Shown here: one piece after another, positions 15,955 through 29,600 of the stretch
Layout: every line of letters begins with the position of its first letter
How positions within the stretch are numbered: position 1 is the first letter of the stretch
Assembly: GCA_051294375.1 (NCBI GenBank)
Contig: CM119271.1
Coordinates: 4,845,579-4,909,578 of the forward strand
Direction: 5' to 3'
DNA: 64,000 bases
DNA from: Paraspadella gotoi
Taxonomy: Eukaryota > Animalia > Chaetognatha
Translations under genes and position numbers: made by a program
Notes under the pieces: model-generated
Told to the model about the DNA's origin: nothing
What the model saw: only the letters and a program-made list of their open reading frames with translations
Databases searched by the model: none

Positions 15955-18900
15955 CTAAAAAAGCGCTAAGTCTGGAGATCTAGAAATTTCGACGTCGCAG
16001 ATTCCCGAATCGTTCGTCGACGCCACGGAGGATTCCGGAAGATCATGAGCGACGATCCTTTGCTCCAAAGTGACAGCGCCTTTCGAGTCGACGAATGGAG
16101 AATGCGAATCGACGCCCGCCGTCGTCGACGCGTCTTCCACGGCGGAGGCCAAGCTCGCTGCGGCCGATTCGGCTTCGTCGATGCTGGAGATCGACGCGTG
16201 AACGGGAAGGGGGACGGGGTCGTCGGCATCACGGATTCGACGCTCGACATCGGAAGTTGGAGTCGCGTCGCAGGAATGAGGGAGGGACAGGGAAGAGTCG
16301 AATACGTCCGAATCAATGCTTTCGCTCGTCGACGGCGGACTGGCGCTGACATCCGTCAATCTGAACGGATACGATCGAGGACCGACGTTAATCAAGAATC
16401 ATGGAAAATATTACATTTTTTTCTTAAACAAAAAAAATTGAAAAGTCATCGAGATTACAAGTCCATGACAAAGAAAGAAGAGTTAGAGCGATAAACTCCC
16501 AATCAAACCAGTCATAAAAATATAATTAAAATTTAAATCTAAATTATTCTTATTAAAATCATTATATAAACCAACTTTTCTTGCAGAATCTTTTCCACTT
16601 CGTCGTCGAGGAGATTCATCTCCCCGATCCTTCGCTCGAACTCATCCTCCACGCAGGCGATCTTCAGCGAGTCGTTGTGATTCTGGAAGAGATCGTCGAC
16701 GGCGGATGCGTCACTGCCCGCCAACGACTCGGTCGAGGCGGGTCGAAGCTCGTCTCGCCCGGCGGCGGCGGCACAGCGATCGGACGAGCTTTCGGGTTTG
16801 GGACTAGAATCGTGCGTGACTGTAGAGGTAGTATCACAGACGGTGACGGGGGCGCGGATATCGACGGACGCGAGGTTCGATTGATCCAGTAACGAATTTC
16901 GCTCGGGGCGAGGGTCGTCTCTTTCGAGGTCGGAATCGCGGGTCACGGCGCCGATCGGAGTTTCGCCCGCGACCACGAGGAGGGAATCGTGGTCGGCGGA
17001 TGAGCCGACGTCGCGGATGGAATTCCGGTCGGACGGAGCGGAGGAAGACTGTTCGACAAAGGGCGAGGAGGAAGAAATTTCAGTCGTGGAAGGAACGGTT
17101 GTGAGCGAGACGGAAGGGAAGTCGGAAGAAGAAGAAAGTTGGGACGTTGACGAGGAAGTCGGAGTCATCGACGTCTTTTCAGTTACTGCGACGTTTTTCG
17201 AGGATAAGACCGAAGGGACGGGCGAAGGACAGGGCGACGACTCGCTGGAGGACGACGACGAATTTCCAAGAAACGCTAGGGATGAGTCGGCCACTTTTTG
17301 GACCTGAGGGAAAAGAGGAGAAACACGAGCGATTTTAAATGAGCGTGATATGATGAATGATTTGAAAATTACGTTTTGCAAATTGGGAAGATTTCGCTTT
17401 AATTAACACAGAAAAAAAAAAATTTCCGACCTGAAATCTCCTGAATCGATTCTTGTGCGGCGGTTCGAGGTTGGAAGTGCTGGATGCTTTAACCACTGAC
17501 ATGGCGGCGGGAACGGAGGGAGATAAAAGGGGCGAAACTGGAAGAGGAAGATGTACAGCATGAAGGTTACTTGACAATAAAAAGGAAAAAATAACACTAC
17601 ATAATTCCCCCTTTTTTTTAGCTCTTCATGCAACTTTTCACCCCCGAATACGGCTACGACAGATTATTGTCGAATTTCACTAAAACTTCCCAAGAATCAC
17701 GAATCACCCAAAACGTTTGAAGTGATACCTTTCAGAAATTATCAAGTCGGGGTAAAGAATAAAATCTCAGGCTGAAAGTAGATGAGGTAGAATAAGAATT
17801 AGACAAAAAAAATAAAAAAATAAAAAAAAATAAAACGAGTTGAACGTAAACCTGGAGACGAATGGTAAGTCGTGATCGTGTTGTGCGTGGCGACTTTAAG
17901 GGGAAGTTCCGTGGGAGGGGCGGCTGGGGAGGTGGGAGAAGGCCAAGTGATTGACGACAGAGAAATCTGATTAAAAAAAGAAAAGAAAGAGTACATAATC
18001 CCCGAAAAAAAAAAGTATAAATATTAAAGAGCTCACCTCCTCCGCGGGCGCAGTGACTAAAAAACTGGGGTTGTCCGTATGACCGTACGACTTTGATGAA
18101 ACATCACTAAAAGGACAGAGAAGAGGAACCTTTTTAAGTTAAAGGTTCAAAAGATTTAAAGTCCGAAGACGGAAATATTATCTTTCACAAAACCTGACGA
18201 CTTTTTCGACTTCCTTGATTCCATCATTCGTCGTCGTCTCGCTCGTCTCGGTCGCGTTGCAAGGGACAGGCGACGGCGCCAGCGGAAGGGGTTCTTCGTC
18301 TCCTACAATAGAGCAATGTATCGTTATTACTTTCCGAGATTCATTTTTCCATTTTCAGACAATAGGAAGCAAGCCCCTCATCCTTGAAAACCTATATCAC
18401 CTATAACAGGACTGTCGAGGTTCTCGGTGGCCGTGGCTTGGACAAGACCCAGTCGCCTTGCGGGCGCCGCTTCCTCGTCGACGCTCGGGATCTCAGTCGT
18501 CTCAGTTTTTGTTGTTATCGTCGAGGTAGTATCTTCCGTTGCCGGAAGGGTTTTATCTTCGACCGTACCTGGGGATAGAGATTCGTCTTCCTAGATTTTT
18601 TTTTCTTCCGTACAAGAAAAAGGGAACGTTGTGGCAGCAAGACTTAAAGCTGCCTCACTGCTGTCCGTCCTCAGCCTCGTCTCAATGGCTGAGCAGGCTA
18701 AATCATCTCATTCCATCCGTGCGTCCCGGGTTCAATCCCCGGGTATCCCGGTTCTGGCTTAAATGTGACGGTGCCGGTATAAACATTCCAGTGACAGGAG
18801 GCGGTCACTGAGGGTCCGCAGCCCCTACGCCAGTTAGTGAGATACCCCGCGCCCCGGGTATCACAGGCTATCCTCCCGTTGCCATAACGTCAACTTATCT

Positions 18901-21900
18901 TATTTCACAATTTTCAAAGGGCCAAGTTTACCTTCGTGCCTTTGCTGCTCTTGGACCCGCTCCGCCAGCATTTTTCGCAGCTGCTCGTCGTCGCGGCGGA
19001 CGGCGGCGTCGCGGTTTCGCTGGCAGTAGTTCATTACGTCCTCGTACAGCTTTTGCTGCTGCACTGCGTAATCTTTCATCGGTTCTCGTTTAGCGCTCAC
19101 GTCCAGGTCCAATCTATAATTTTTTCATAAGTAATTAATTGACTAACAACCCAATGGGCAAAGAAACCAAAGAAGACTAGATTTTCGCCAATTAACCCCG
19201 TCAACCTGGTAACCGAGGAATTCATTTTTAACGAGAGGGCGAGCGCCATAAGGCCTCCAGATTTGATCTCGTTCTCTCGCAAGTCGAGGCGGATGAGACG
19301 TGAGCTGTCGGCAATAACTTCCGCTAGCGCCACCGCACCTTCGCAAGTAACCTTGGTCGGTGGGGAAAGGGCAACGTTTACTGATTTTGATGCAATACAA
19401 AAATTACACGCAAAGTTCTTTCTACCTTGGTGCACTGCATGCCAAGCCGTAAGATACTCCTGTTCTTGAGCAAACCGTCCTTGAGCCTGTGAACGCCTTC
19501 GTTTGTCACGTTGTTGAATCCAAGATTTAGGGTTTCGAGGTTTTTGACGGCGGCCAGCGCCAGAGACAACTTAGTCATTCCCTGATAAGTCACTTGGTTG
19601 TTCCAAAGAACGAGCGTGGTGAGGCCTTGATTGGTTAAGTACTGGAGGAACAGGAGGGATTGTTGGGGTTAAGCTTGACGTTTGACGTTTTCCCCACAAG
19701 ACCCAAATTGGCCCGCGTGGCACACCTGCTCCCGAAGGCCGTCAGAGACGTGATCGACGCCGGCGTCATGGAGATGATTGTTTCTGACGTCGAGAAGGCG
19801 AAGAGTGTGGTTGTACTTCAAGAGGTTTCCCAATTGGATCGCGTCGGTGGACTGAAGTCGATTATCGGACAGATAGAGCTCGCGAAGGGTCTCGTTCATC
19901 TGGGTGGTAATCGTCGAAGAGGTGAGGTACATTTAACAAGGAAACAAACGAATTCTTCGGAACTCACCTTGAGAGCAGCGACCAGGATGAGGAGAGGTTT
20001 GCCCGCCAACTGGCACGACTCCATGTGGAGGACAGAGAGGCTTGTGTTGGGTCGAAGCGCTCGCCCCATGATGGGCATCAACTGCTCCGAGAAGTTGCAG
20101 CCTCGGACGTCGACGGCTTCCAGGCAGGGAGTTTTGCGAATGAGCTTCGCACAAGCCTTTTCGTATGTAATGTATTTTAAAGCGACGAAAGAATCGAGAC
20201 CAAGCGATTGTCTCTCTAACCTGCCATCCTCGGGGACCGACGCTCCTATTGTGAGATATATTGAGACGTTCCACGGATTCGTAATACTCCATCATGTCGC
20301 AAAGAGAGATCAGTACATCGTCGTCCAAACTGAAAGAAAAAAAAGTAGTTTTCGAAATCGGGGAGGAAGAAAAAGTAACAATAAGAAAACCCAAAGAGAA
20401 GTGAAAAAACTCGAGAGAAGAACGAAATTGCAAAGACAAGCGAAACTCACCACTGGGAGTGGGAGAGGCGACAAACATGCATGACTCACCCGCAGCTTTC
20501 AAAGTCGACGTTGCGAAACTGAACTCGTCGGAATATCTCCTCGAGAGTCTCCACGTGTCGCGCGTCCAACCTTTCGCTCTTCATCGTGAATAAATCGTGA
20601 CGGTTCGTAAAATCGTTCACGCTACAGAAGATTATGATTAAAATAAAAATGACTTGTATTTTTTTTATCTTTTTATCTTAATGGAAAATATTTTTCCCCC
20701 ACCAAAGTATCTGCTCGACGATTCGCCCCATGGGTTTGATGGAAAGCTCATCGCATGCGGATAGGTAAGCGGCTTTGAGGATCTCGGCCGTGCAGCCTCG
20801 TCGCGATCGCCAAGGGTCGGGGGGTTCCAGGTACGAGGTGACCATGCTGCTGAGGGGGGATGAGAGGAAATCAAGCCGATTCTTCATCCCTTTTTTTTCC
20901 GCCTCCAAGAGTTACTCACCACTTGTTGCGCCCATCGACGTCGTCGTCGTCCTTCCCGCCAGAGGACGTGATTCCGGCGAAGGTGACCCGTCGATGCCGC
21001 TGGTCGCTAGGAACCTTCGGTCCAAAAAGAGGACGGGTGGATTTAATCTATTATTAAACATTTGGAAAGGAGAATGATTGTTTCACCTTTTGTGGGTCAC
21101 TCAAAAATATCGTGAAAGTAAGCCTCGCTTTAATAATCAACACTTCCAACTTTATTTAGCTAAATGGCACCATCCCAATCGTGCGTTTTATCTGTCCTAG
21201 GTACTGTCCTAACGACAGCGTTAGAAAGGCGTGACGGTACTAGTAAAACCGCGATAGTGACAGGCCAACATGGGCATCACAGACAGCCTGGCTATTGCTA
21301 TAGTCCAAGATTATGCAGAAAAGAAGTAATATCAAAACAAACTACCAAATGCCAACGTGCTTCACGAATACTATAAATAAAAATATTCAATTGGACCAAG
21401 CTAGTGGGGCGATATTATATTTCTTTTAAACGAATCAATGAAATACTAACAGGCCCTCAATCTCCCAAAGGAACAAAAATAACTCGTTCAAGCACCTGGT
21501 GCAGAGACGGCGGACTGACAGACGTCGCCCTGACGCCATCTGTCTTTCGTCTCGGCACCGAGGACGGCGTCGTCGTCGTTCTTGACGCTTCCTCGTGCGG
21601 TTCGAGAACTAGGCGGATCGTCTCGTCTTCCTCGAACGATTCAGACACGCCCCCATCGGGCGGCGTTCTGACGCCGTTCGTGGCGGAGCGGTGATGGGTG
21701 GGCGTGGCTAGGATCGGGGGAAAGAGGTCTTCCAGGGGATCGTCGTCATCTTCGACGAAGCGCACGGGCGGGTGGTTGCCATCGTCGACGGTTTCCCGCT
21801 CCGAGCCTGCGGCGACGCCGTCGGAAACTTCAGCGTTATCATTGACGACGTCGTTTTCGTCAAGGGTGTCTTCGAAATATGGGACGGGCACTGGAGACAG

Positions 21901-22383
21901 TTCCGGCGTTAGCTGGTTAACCATGGGGTCGGAGACGTCGCCGGGAAGCTCGACTCTAAGCGACTGTCCCGAGCTCGATCGGACGGTTGTGGGCGGCGGC
22001 GGGGACGGCGGCGGAGTCCAGGATTTGATTGACGGAGGATCGCGAGGTTCGGCGGGGGCGTGGAGGAGAGACTCGGACGGTTTTGAGGAAGGGGAAGAAA
22101 ACGCGTCGCCCTCGGAAGGAATCACCAGTTGAGAAAGGATCACGACGGATGAAGATTCTCCTGTCGCGTCGGTTCGGGTTGGGATTCGAATATTAGTTGT
22201 AAGTTTTAGAATAAGTAAAACGTGCTGTATTTGATTTCCTTTTTTGATCCCCTTCTTTCATCGCTAATAACTTTTAACTTTCAGCAAAGAACATCACTAT
22301 CAGAATCTTTCTTTGAAAAATATATCTTCTAGCCTAATTAATTATTTTTTGGTGGTAGGTTATCATTCGTTGTACTGACCCAT
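15955..22383 (-). CDS. PPP1R37: Protein phosphatase 1 regulatory subunit 37 (LRRC68)-like; LRRs plus long Ser-rich termini
   Basis: RRVTF (RVxF motif) followed by YLEPPDPWR; RI-like LRR exons (LRELYLSDNRLQSTDAIQLGNLLKYNHTL, LDLRENEIKSGGLMALALSLK). The start is inferred from a 4-nt coding exon ATGG and is uncertain. Confidence 0.85.
18630..18886 (+). mobile_element. TGTGGC-family element, best copy; 4-bp TSD and internal tRNA-like A/B boxes
   Basis: ACGT|TGTGGCAGC...GTTGCCATA|ACGT. A box TGGCTGAGCAGG at 18686; T-arm CCGGG-TTCAATC-CCCGG at about 18726-18742. Confidence 0.75.
21110..21302 (+). mobile_element. Degenerate TGTGGC-family copy
   Basis: catcccaatcgtgcgtt...gtcctaacgac...gtgacggt...gggcatcacag...ttgctata; 5' end and TSD not resolved. 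Confidence 0.5.
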
Positions 22384-23687
22384 ATCGAGCACCGATGGGG
22401 CGGCGATAGCATCGTTGAATGAGAATTCAAAACATTTAGAAATTTTTTTCTCCGACGATCATTTGGCAATTGTTTATCTTGTAAACAGTATTACTTAAAG
22501 CGTCAATTCAAGAGTGAATCGTATGTATTATTTTTAAACTTTTATGCTGTAAACAATGTTTAAAGATTGAACAAAGGTGTGAATCCGAAAGAGAAAAACA
22601 ATCGTACCTAATGAAGCTTCATTATAAGCAGACCGCTTTCTTTACCAATTTTAAATGAAAAATTCGAGAATACAACGCGTAACGATTTACTGAATTCATG
22701 CCTATCTCCAAGTCAAGGTAAAGCAAAAGTTCGATTAAACTGCTAAATTGATTTATTCATTAAAAAAAATTATTCAGTGAATCATAGAAAGTCAGCTCAA
22801 ACGTTACGTCTATAGATGCAACAATAAATTTTTATCAATTTAAAACAAAAGTTTTTACCCTTAACTAATTCGTATGTATTCTTAGTATTTCATACTTTTG
22901 AAATTTTGAAAGATGATTTTCCATTCATCAACCTTTGTGAATCAACTAATCTACCGGATCCATAATTTAGTAATTAACTTAACAATAGAGCGATTGAACC
23001 GCAATAAAAATAGAATCTCGCGAATTTAGAGACATGTTTCCATCACAGTTGATAGCACAGAAGAACAAACACGCACATGACAGGGAATAAATTTTGAAAA
23101 AAGCTACGTCAATGTTTTGGTAAAAGATGAGGAGACACAAATAAACACAAAAATAATTATAAAAAGCAATTATAATTCGTAAAAACTTTTTAGTTCGGAG
23201 TCCGTTAAGACCCGATTAAAGTTGCAGGGCCCCATGTAGATTCTATTTGTTGTAGCTACTGTCATAAACTATTAAAAAAAAATAGCCATGCTACAAGTGA
23301 ATATGGAACAAATATGCACTTTATATCCAAGACAGTCCTAGTCTAGGAAAAAAATAGGAATGATAGCATGGTTTTAAATATCGCCAGTTCATTTAAATTA
23401 TTGAGCAAAGCAAGACGAATCCATAAGTAAATAAAATCGTTGCATTGGAATAAAAAAAAGCAACAACAATAAAAAATTTAAGCGAATTAACTAAAAATAA
23501 AAAATACGCGCCAAAATAAAAAGTCAGCTAAGTGAATAATCTATCTTCAAAAAGATATTTCAAATTATCCCACAACAAGACGTCCATTTTATACGTCTCC
23601 ACCAAGAAATAATCACCAAAAAAACCCCAAAGAACCGAAAAAAAAACCCCCTTAGCATCGGCGAGTCACATTTGTCGCAAGGACGCT

Positions 23688-26600
23688 TCATAAAACCTCC
23701 CAGGATTGTTCGAATCGAAGTGAGTGCTCCCTCTCGAGATCGGCTGCCTTCTGCGCCGCCCACCCGTTGCCGCGCCGCTTCCGAACGTTGTTGAGAAGGT
23801 GGGCGCGGCGACGGAAAAGAAGGCGGTCGGCGGACACTCCCCAGAGGTCGTTTGCCGGTGAAGTGGCGAGAAATGCCAAGTCGCCTGAATTTAATACCAT
23901 TGATTTAGCTTATACCCTTTTTATTTGTTTAGTTCATATTAGTTGTTGTTTTTTTATTAACGATGAACTAACCTGGAATTCGCTTCCAATAATCCCCGGA
24001 TGGATTTTTCTCGGTAATGCCGTAACGTCGTAAAATTTCACCTTGTGGCGTCAACGCCCACACCGTGTCGTCGGATATGCAGACGTTGGAGATGTGCGAT
24101 CCCATCACCTAAGGTAAAAAAAAAAAAAACCCTTAATCTCAAGAGGACGACGAATTACGACTCCAAGATACTGACCCGTTCCCAGCCCTCGCCGATGGGC
24201 AGATCCGACGTGACGCCGACTCGGCAGTGCAGCCCGTGCCTGGAATCGATAGCCCATACCATCTCGTCGTTATCGCCGCCGACAGCAATCTGCAGCAACG
24301 TCGAGGGCTTATAGAAGCGACGCCTCTTTTTCGAGTCTTTGAGAAGACACGGCGGCAGCAGGAGTTTTATGGAGCGTTGCTTGTCGAACTTTTCGTCGAG
24401 CCTGACCCAAGCGGCTGGCAGGGCACCGTCGACCGGCGCAGTGACGCCGAATCGGTACCAGGAGGAACCGTAACAGTCGACGGCGAAGACGCCCTTTCGA
24501 CCTGAAAACATTGATTGAACGTGTTGCTCGGCACAAGAAAATATAAGTTATGTTTCCTTTAAATCTCCTACCGATTGCCAGGTAAACGATCGTATTCCCT
24601 AGTTGCTCCGACTCCAATTTACGCCACTCTTCTCCCAATGGAGTCGCCGGCGTCATACCTAATCGCGCCCAAACAGCGCCTCGAGGAGTCACACCCCACA
24701 AGGCTGTAGCCGTCGCAGAAATGCAGGAGAACGAATCGCGGTCTGGCACTGCCAAGGGCCGTGGCGGCGCAGGGGGAGTCGGCAGCAAAGATGCTGGCGG
24801 CTTGGGGTCGATGAACCAGCAAAAAAGGTCGCCGCGGATACGGTGCAGGCACCAGACCAAGTGACTCCCGGGCACGGCGCCAGGCGCCACGGCCAACTGG
24901 GTCCACGAGGCGTCGTCCGACTGTCGGCGCGATGACGACTGCGATTCCGACGAAGATGATGAAGAACAGTCTACGGGGCGTGGCCTCGCCATCGATTCGC
25001 AAGTCCGCGGACCGGGCAACTCAGTGTACGACTGATTCGAAATCGTCGACGCATCTGAAGTCTGCGGACCAGGTAACAAATCCCAAGGATCGATCAACGC
25101 CGCTTGTCCCCACGAATGACCTGAGAGTTTGCTCTTGCAGACGAAAACATGGCTGGGAGTGTTGTTGTCGCAGAACCAGAGGCCGTGGATCGAAGAGTGA
25201 GCGAGAACGGGAGCATGGAGGGAAGATCTTCTGTGGATGAGATAAAAAAAAATTTGGTTGTCGTTGGTTAAAATAATCTAGAGAGCAAAATAGAAATAAT
25301 CAGATTGATAATTTAAAAACTGACTTCCGCGTCGGGAATTCGTTAAGATCATGATTGAAATTAACGCTCGCGAGATTCTGTCCTGGGTCGACGAGGAGAG
25401 ATTGGGATCGAAGAGGATCCTCGGGATCATGAGACAACATGTAATTGTTAATGGTGACGTCGTACCAAACGTCCGCGCCCTGGAAACGGGAAATCAACGA
25501 TCAAATAAAATAATAAAAAGTTTATTCAGAGTCAAACTCACCTGCGGATGCGACATGGTGAGGCCCGGTCGAAAACGAATCGTCCCGCACGAGTCAACCA
25601 TCCAAACCACACCAGCGTCACCAACGGTCACACTGACTGGCTCGACGCCTTCGGGTGGCGCTTGCTCCACCCATTTCAGACCCTGCGGCGCCGACTTGGT
25701 AACGCCCACGCGGATGAGGAACGATCCCGACGCCGTCAAGCACCAGACGACGTGGTCTCTAAAAGAAGAATAAGTCGTCGAAAGTATGACGATTTCATTT
25801 CTGGGAATTCCTCAACTTACGAAGACGAACCTGGCGGAAATCTGCACGATCTCGAAGTCCTCCCACCGAATCTGCACGTAATCGTTTCTCGGACGCATTT
25901 GAGTAAGATTCTTGTAGACGTAAATCTGACCGTTATCAGTCAGACACCTGACAAAGGACGAGTAAAAGCTCAGCTCTAATTCGAAATACAAGAAAAAGTA
26001 AATGTGAAAATATATACCATCCAACGTCGCCATCAAGGGTGATCCACTTGACGTCGTCGCGAATTTCTCGCCATCTTCCCCCGTGAAAAGGGTGCATGAC
26101 AGGGTTGGCGGGCCTACCCGTGATTGCCAAAAGAACCCCGTCTCTAGAAGAGAAAGAAAACACAATTTATTATCCCACGAAATCACTACAAAAATTTACA
26201 AAAAATCCTTCAAATTCCCACGAAACCTCCTCAGCCTCCAGGCGACGTTTCCGTCCGGGGAGATGGCGAGTTGATAAGCTGTAACTCCATCCATCGCTTT
26301 CCAGTCGGTGTTACCAAAGTAATCAGGACTCTCAGCGCAGAAGATGGTGTCGTCCTCGTCCACGACGAACATGAAATTGTCCATGAGAACCAAGGAGACA
26401 ACTTCTCCTATTTGCGATTCATCACAAAAAAAATACATTTTTAAATTAATTTAAATGTGTGAAAATATTTTAGGAAATTGGTATAACCAAAAGTATCCAT
26501 TAATTCAAAATACAATTTGCTGTCTGTTATTAAATTGATACGTACAACTACAAAATACATAAAAAATGTTAGATTTATGAAAATATTAAGCTAAATAAAC

Positions 26601-29600
26601 TGCTTATTTAACATTTTGTGTTTAAAATCGGGAGAGGGATGTAAGCATTGTCCTTTTATATTATCTAACCTTGCTTATCCGGTAAGGAGTAGAGGCTCCA
26701 ACAGTTGGACAATTTCTTGTCCAAAGACGAGTCGTAGTTTTCCCCATCTGGGATCACGATCGGGTCCGACATGCCAAGACTGTCTTCGAGCTCCCCGAGA
26801 AAGAACCTGGCTTTATCTTCGCCGGATTTAGGAGCCACCGTGGACGAAGAAGAATCCGTCTGCGGAGCGACCGAATCTTCGCGATCCGACGTTACATCTT
26901 CCCGAGGAGATTTGACGGGTTGGGTCGAGAGGACGATTGAATCTGTTAAATAGAAATTATGTACGAGTCGACGGAAATCTTAATTCGCCACGCCCAATTT
27001 CTGCTCGGATTCTTACCGTTTCCTTCCTTCGGTAGGCCGGTTCTGGGAAACGAGGACAAAGTAGGAGAATCTTCCACAACAGGTTTCGAAACTCGTCCGG
27101 CGGCCGCGTCGATCGTGGCGTCAACGGGATCGACCATCACTGATCGACGTAAAAGTCTTGAGATCAATTCCTGCTCCTGCGCATCGGAGCGAAAAGATTT
27201 GCCATCGCCGTAGCAGAATCTATCTTTCGTCCCAATGAGAAGAGATTGAAGAGGAGACGGCTCGCACCCCGATTCCGTGGCAGACTTTCCTTCCGCAGCG
27301 GCGGCGGCGGCGGCGTCGCGCTTCGCAGTTCCGCCTTCCTCGGGCGGAGTTACCGATGGACTGACGCCAAAAGTCGAGTTGGCGTCGATTTCGACGCAAA
27401 GACTCGAAGGAGCCCGGGAGCCCCGCATGTCTTCCGGGCCCAAATGCAGCACCGCGATGGCGGAATCGAGATCGGAGGCACCTCTATTGAGATCGGCGAC
27501 GCCGAAAGCGCCGTCGGGGTTTGGGTCGGCGGCGGATTTTTCGGCAGAGGCAGGCTGGGCGACAGAGGGTCCCGTATCACCGCCACTTGTGTCATCATCG
27601 TCAATCTCCCCGATTTCAGCCAGTCTTGGAGGCGAATCGTCCGCGGAACTCGGCGAAGGAACATTCCCGGCGAGTTTGGGCGAAGATCCCACGCAGCCGA
27701 ACCGAGGGACAGGGAGCGCGAAATCGCTCCTTGTCGAATTCGCCAGTGGCAAAGGTTGGGAACGGAAGGAGTCCACGCTCATCATCGATCTTAAAGGTAA
27801 AAGATAGAATGAAATAAAATCAATAGTGGATTCGAAAGTCAAAAATGTTCTTTACCCCGTGGAGTCGATAGAGTTGACAGAGGGAGATCTATTCTTATCT
27901 TCACCGTGATTAGCGCGCATTCGAATTTTGTGACGTCGAAACATCGGATTCCCCGTAGACGACGACGGACGAAGAGGTTTCCTATGGTTTAAGATTAGAG
28001 ACAATGAATTAAAATGAAGATGGTTAAAATTACAATGGAAGAAGAATCCCACCTTTCCGACGAAAAGAGAACGTCCTCGAACTTTTCCTTGGCAATGGCT
28101 TCGAATCTCTCGCGACATTTAGGTTCGCTGTCAGGAATCTTGTGTTCGACGACACGGGCGTTGTCGAGAAGATTGACGCTCGATCGGTCCGTCAAAGAGG
28201 GGGACTGACCAACGGACGATGAGGTCTGCCCCATTGACGATGGCGTCGAGGAATGCCCGATAGTCATGGGGCTTTGGCCCATCAGCGATGAAGCATGTCC
28301 CGCGAGCGAGGGCGACACGGCCATCGGCGAAGGAGTTTGGCCCATGGGCGATGGAGTTTGGCCGATGGACGAAGGCAAATGTTCCTGAAGCAATGGCGAC
28401 TGTCCCGAGGAAAAAGGCCGTTGTACGATGAGGGGAGACACTCCAGCGAGGAAAGAAAGTTCGCCGTCATTAGGCGATTGCTTCACGGGCGATTCACCAG
28501 TTTCAGCGTCAACGGCTGAACCGCCCATTGCGCCTACAAGGGGCGCTTCGCTTTCTGCGCAGACTTCATTCGACGAGGTAGGCACCAATGTCCTTGGAAA
28601 CATTGGCGATTCCTCAGGAATAATCTCGTTGGCATCGTCGGCGTCGAAGATCGGTACGGCTTCCTCCACGCCGTCGAGATAATGCGTCACGGAGTTAGAG
28701 GCCGCACCCACTATAGTCTTGAGATGTTGCGCTTTGTTGTAGATCTTTCCAGCGGCGCGGGTGGCGTCGGCAGCGGATAAAGATCGATTGAAGACCTTAA
28801 ACGAAGCCGGCGCTCGAGGCGATGTCTCCGTATCTAACGAGCCAGACCTGGCTTGGCGATATCGCTGTCCAACCGACGAGGCAAAGCGAAAGAGGGCACT
28901 CGGCGATGAGGACGAGACTTGCGGCCGGGAGCCGCTCGCTTCCAAGGACTTTTCTTCTTCAGAGCCAGGGTGAGTTTCGTCGCCGGCTTTAGGGGCGGCC
29001 GCCAGCGACGCCGCAAGGGCGCCGCTCTGCTGCGCGGCCGCTCTTAATCCGGCGACCACCTTTGAGGTAGTCGACGCCACCATTGCCACGCCCTCGCCCA
29101 CGGCACCTTTAACGGCGCGCTTGGCCGCTTGAATGCGGCGAATGCGCTGTAGCTCCCGGCGTCGACCGCGCGGCAACTTCATTAGGTTCGCGTAAGGGTT
29201 TGCAGCTTCTTCCATCTTAGTGACGAATGTTGAGATAAAACGAGACGAGTTGCGAAAAGTGGGAAGGATTAGAGGAGGGGGAAGATCTAACAAGTCTGGG
29301 TCGAGGCGGCGAATGGTCCAAAATGAGGGGTCTGGGTAAGTCGATAGACGGATCACAGAAAACCATTCGTCAACGCCAAGGTCCAAGAGAATGAAGGCTT
29401 CGTCCCTCGTCATAGCAACGTCGACGATCGGGTAGAGATTCTTCACGTGTGCTGTTTAATTCAAATTGACGTAAATTTTACCATCTGCGGCTTTGCTTAT
29501 TATTCTTGAGAAAATTTTCTCCAGATTTGAATCGAATTCGTGTATAAATTATGGTTCTAATAAGTTTACGATGAATTCAATCTTGACTCACTCAAAAACT

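Noticed and set aside
18680-18750. Functional tRNA gene (also considered at 8320-8399 and 32028-32100)
   Set aside because: Only the boxes and T-arm are convincing; no full cloverleaf, and each sits inside a dispersed repeat.
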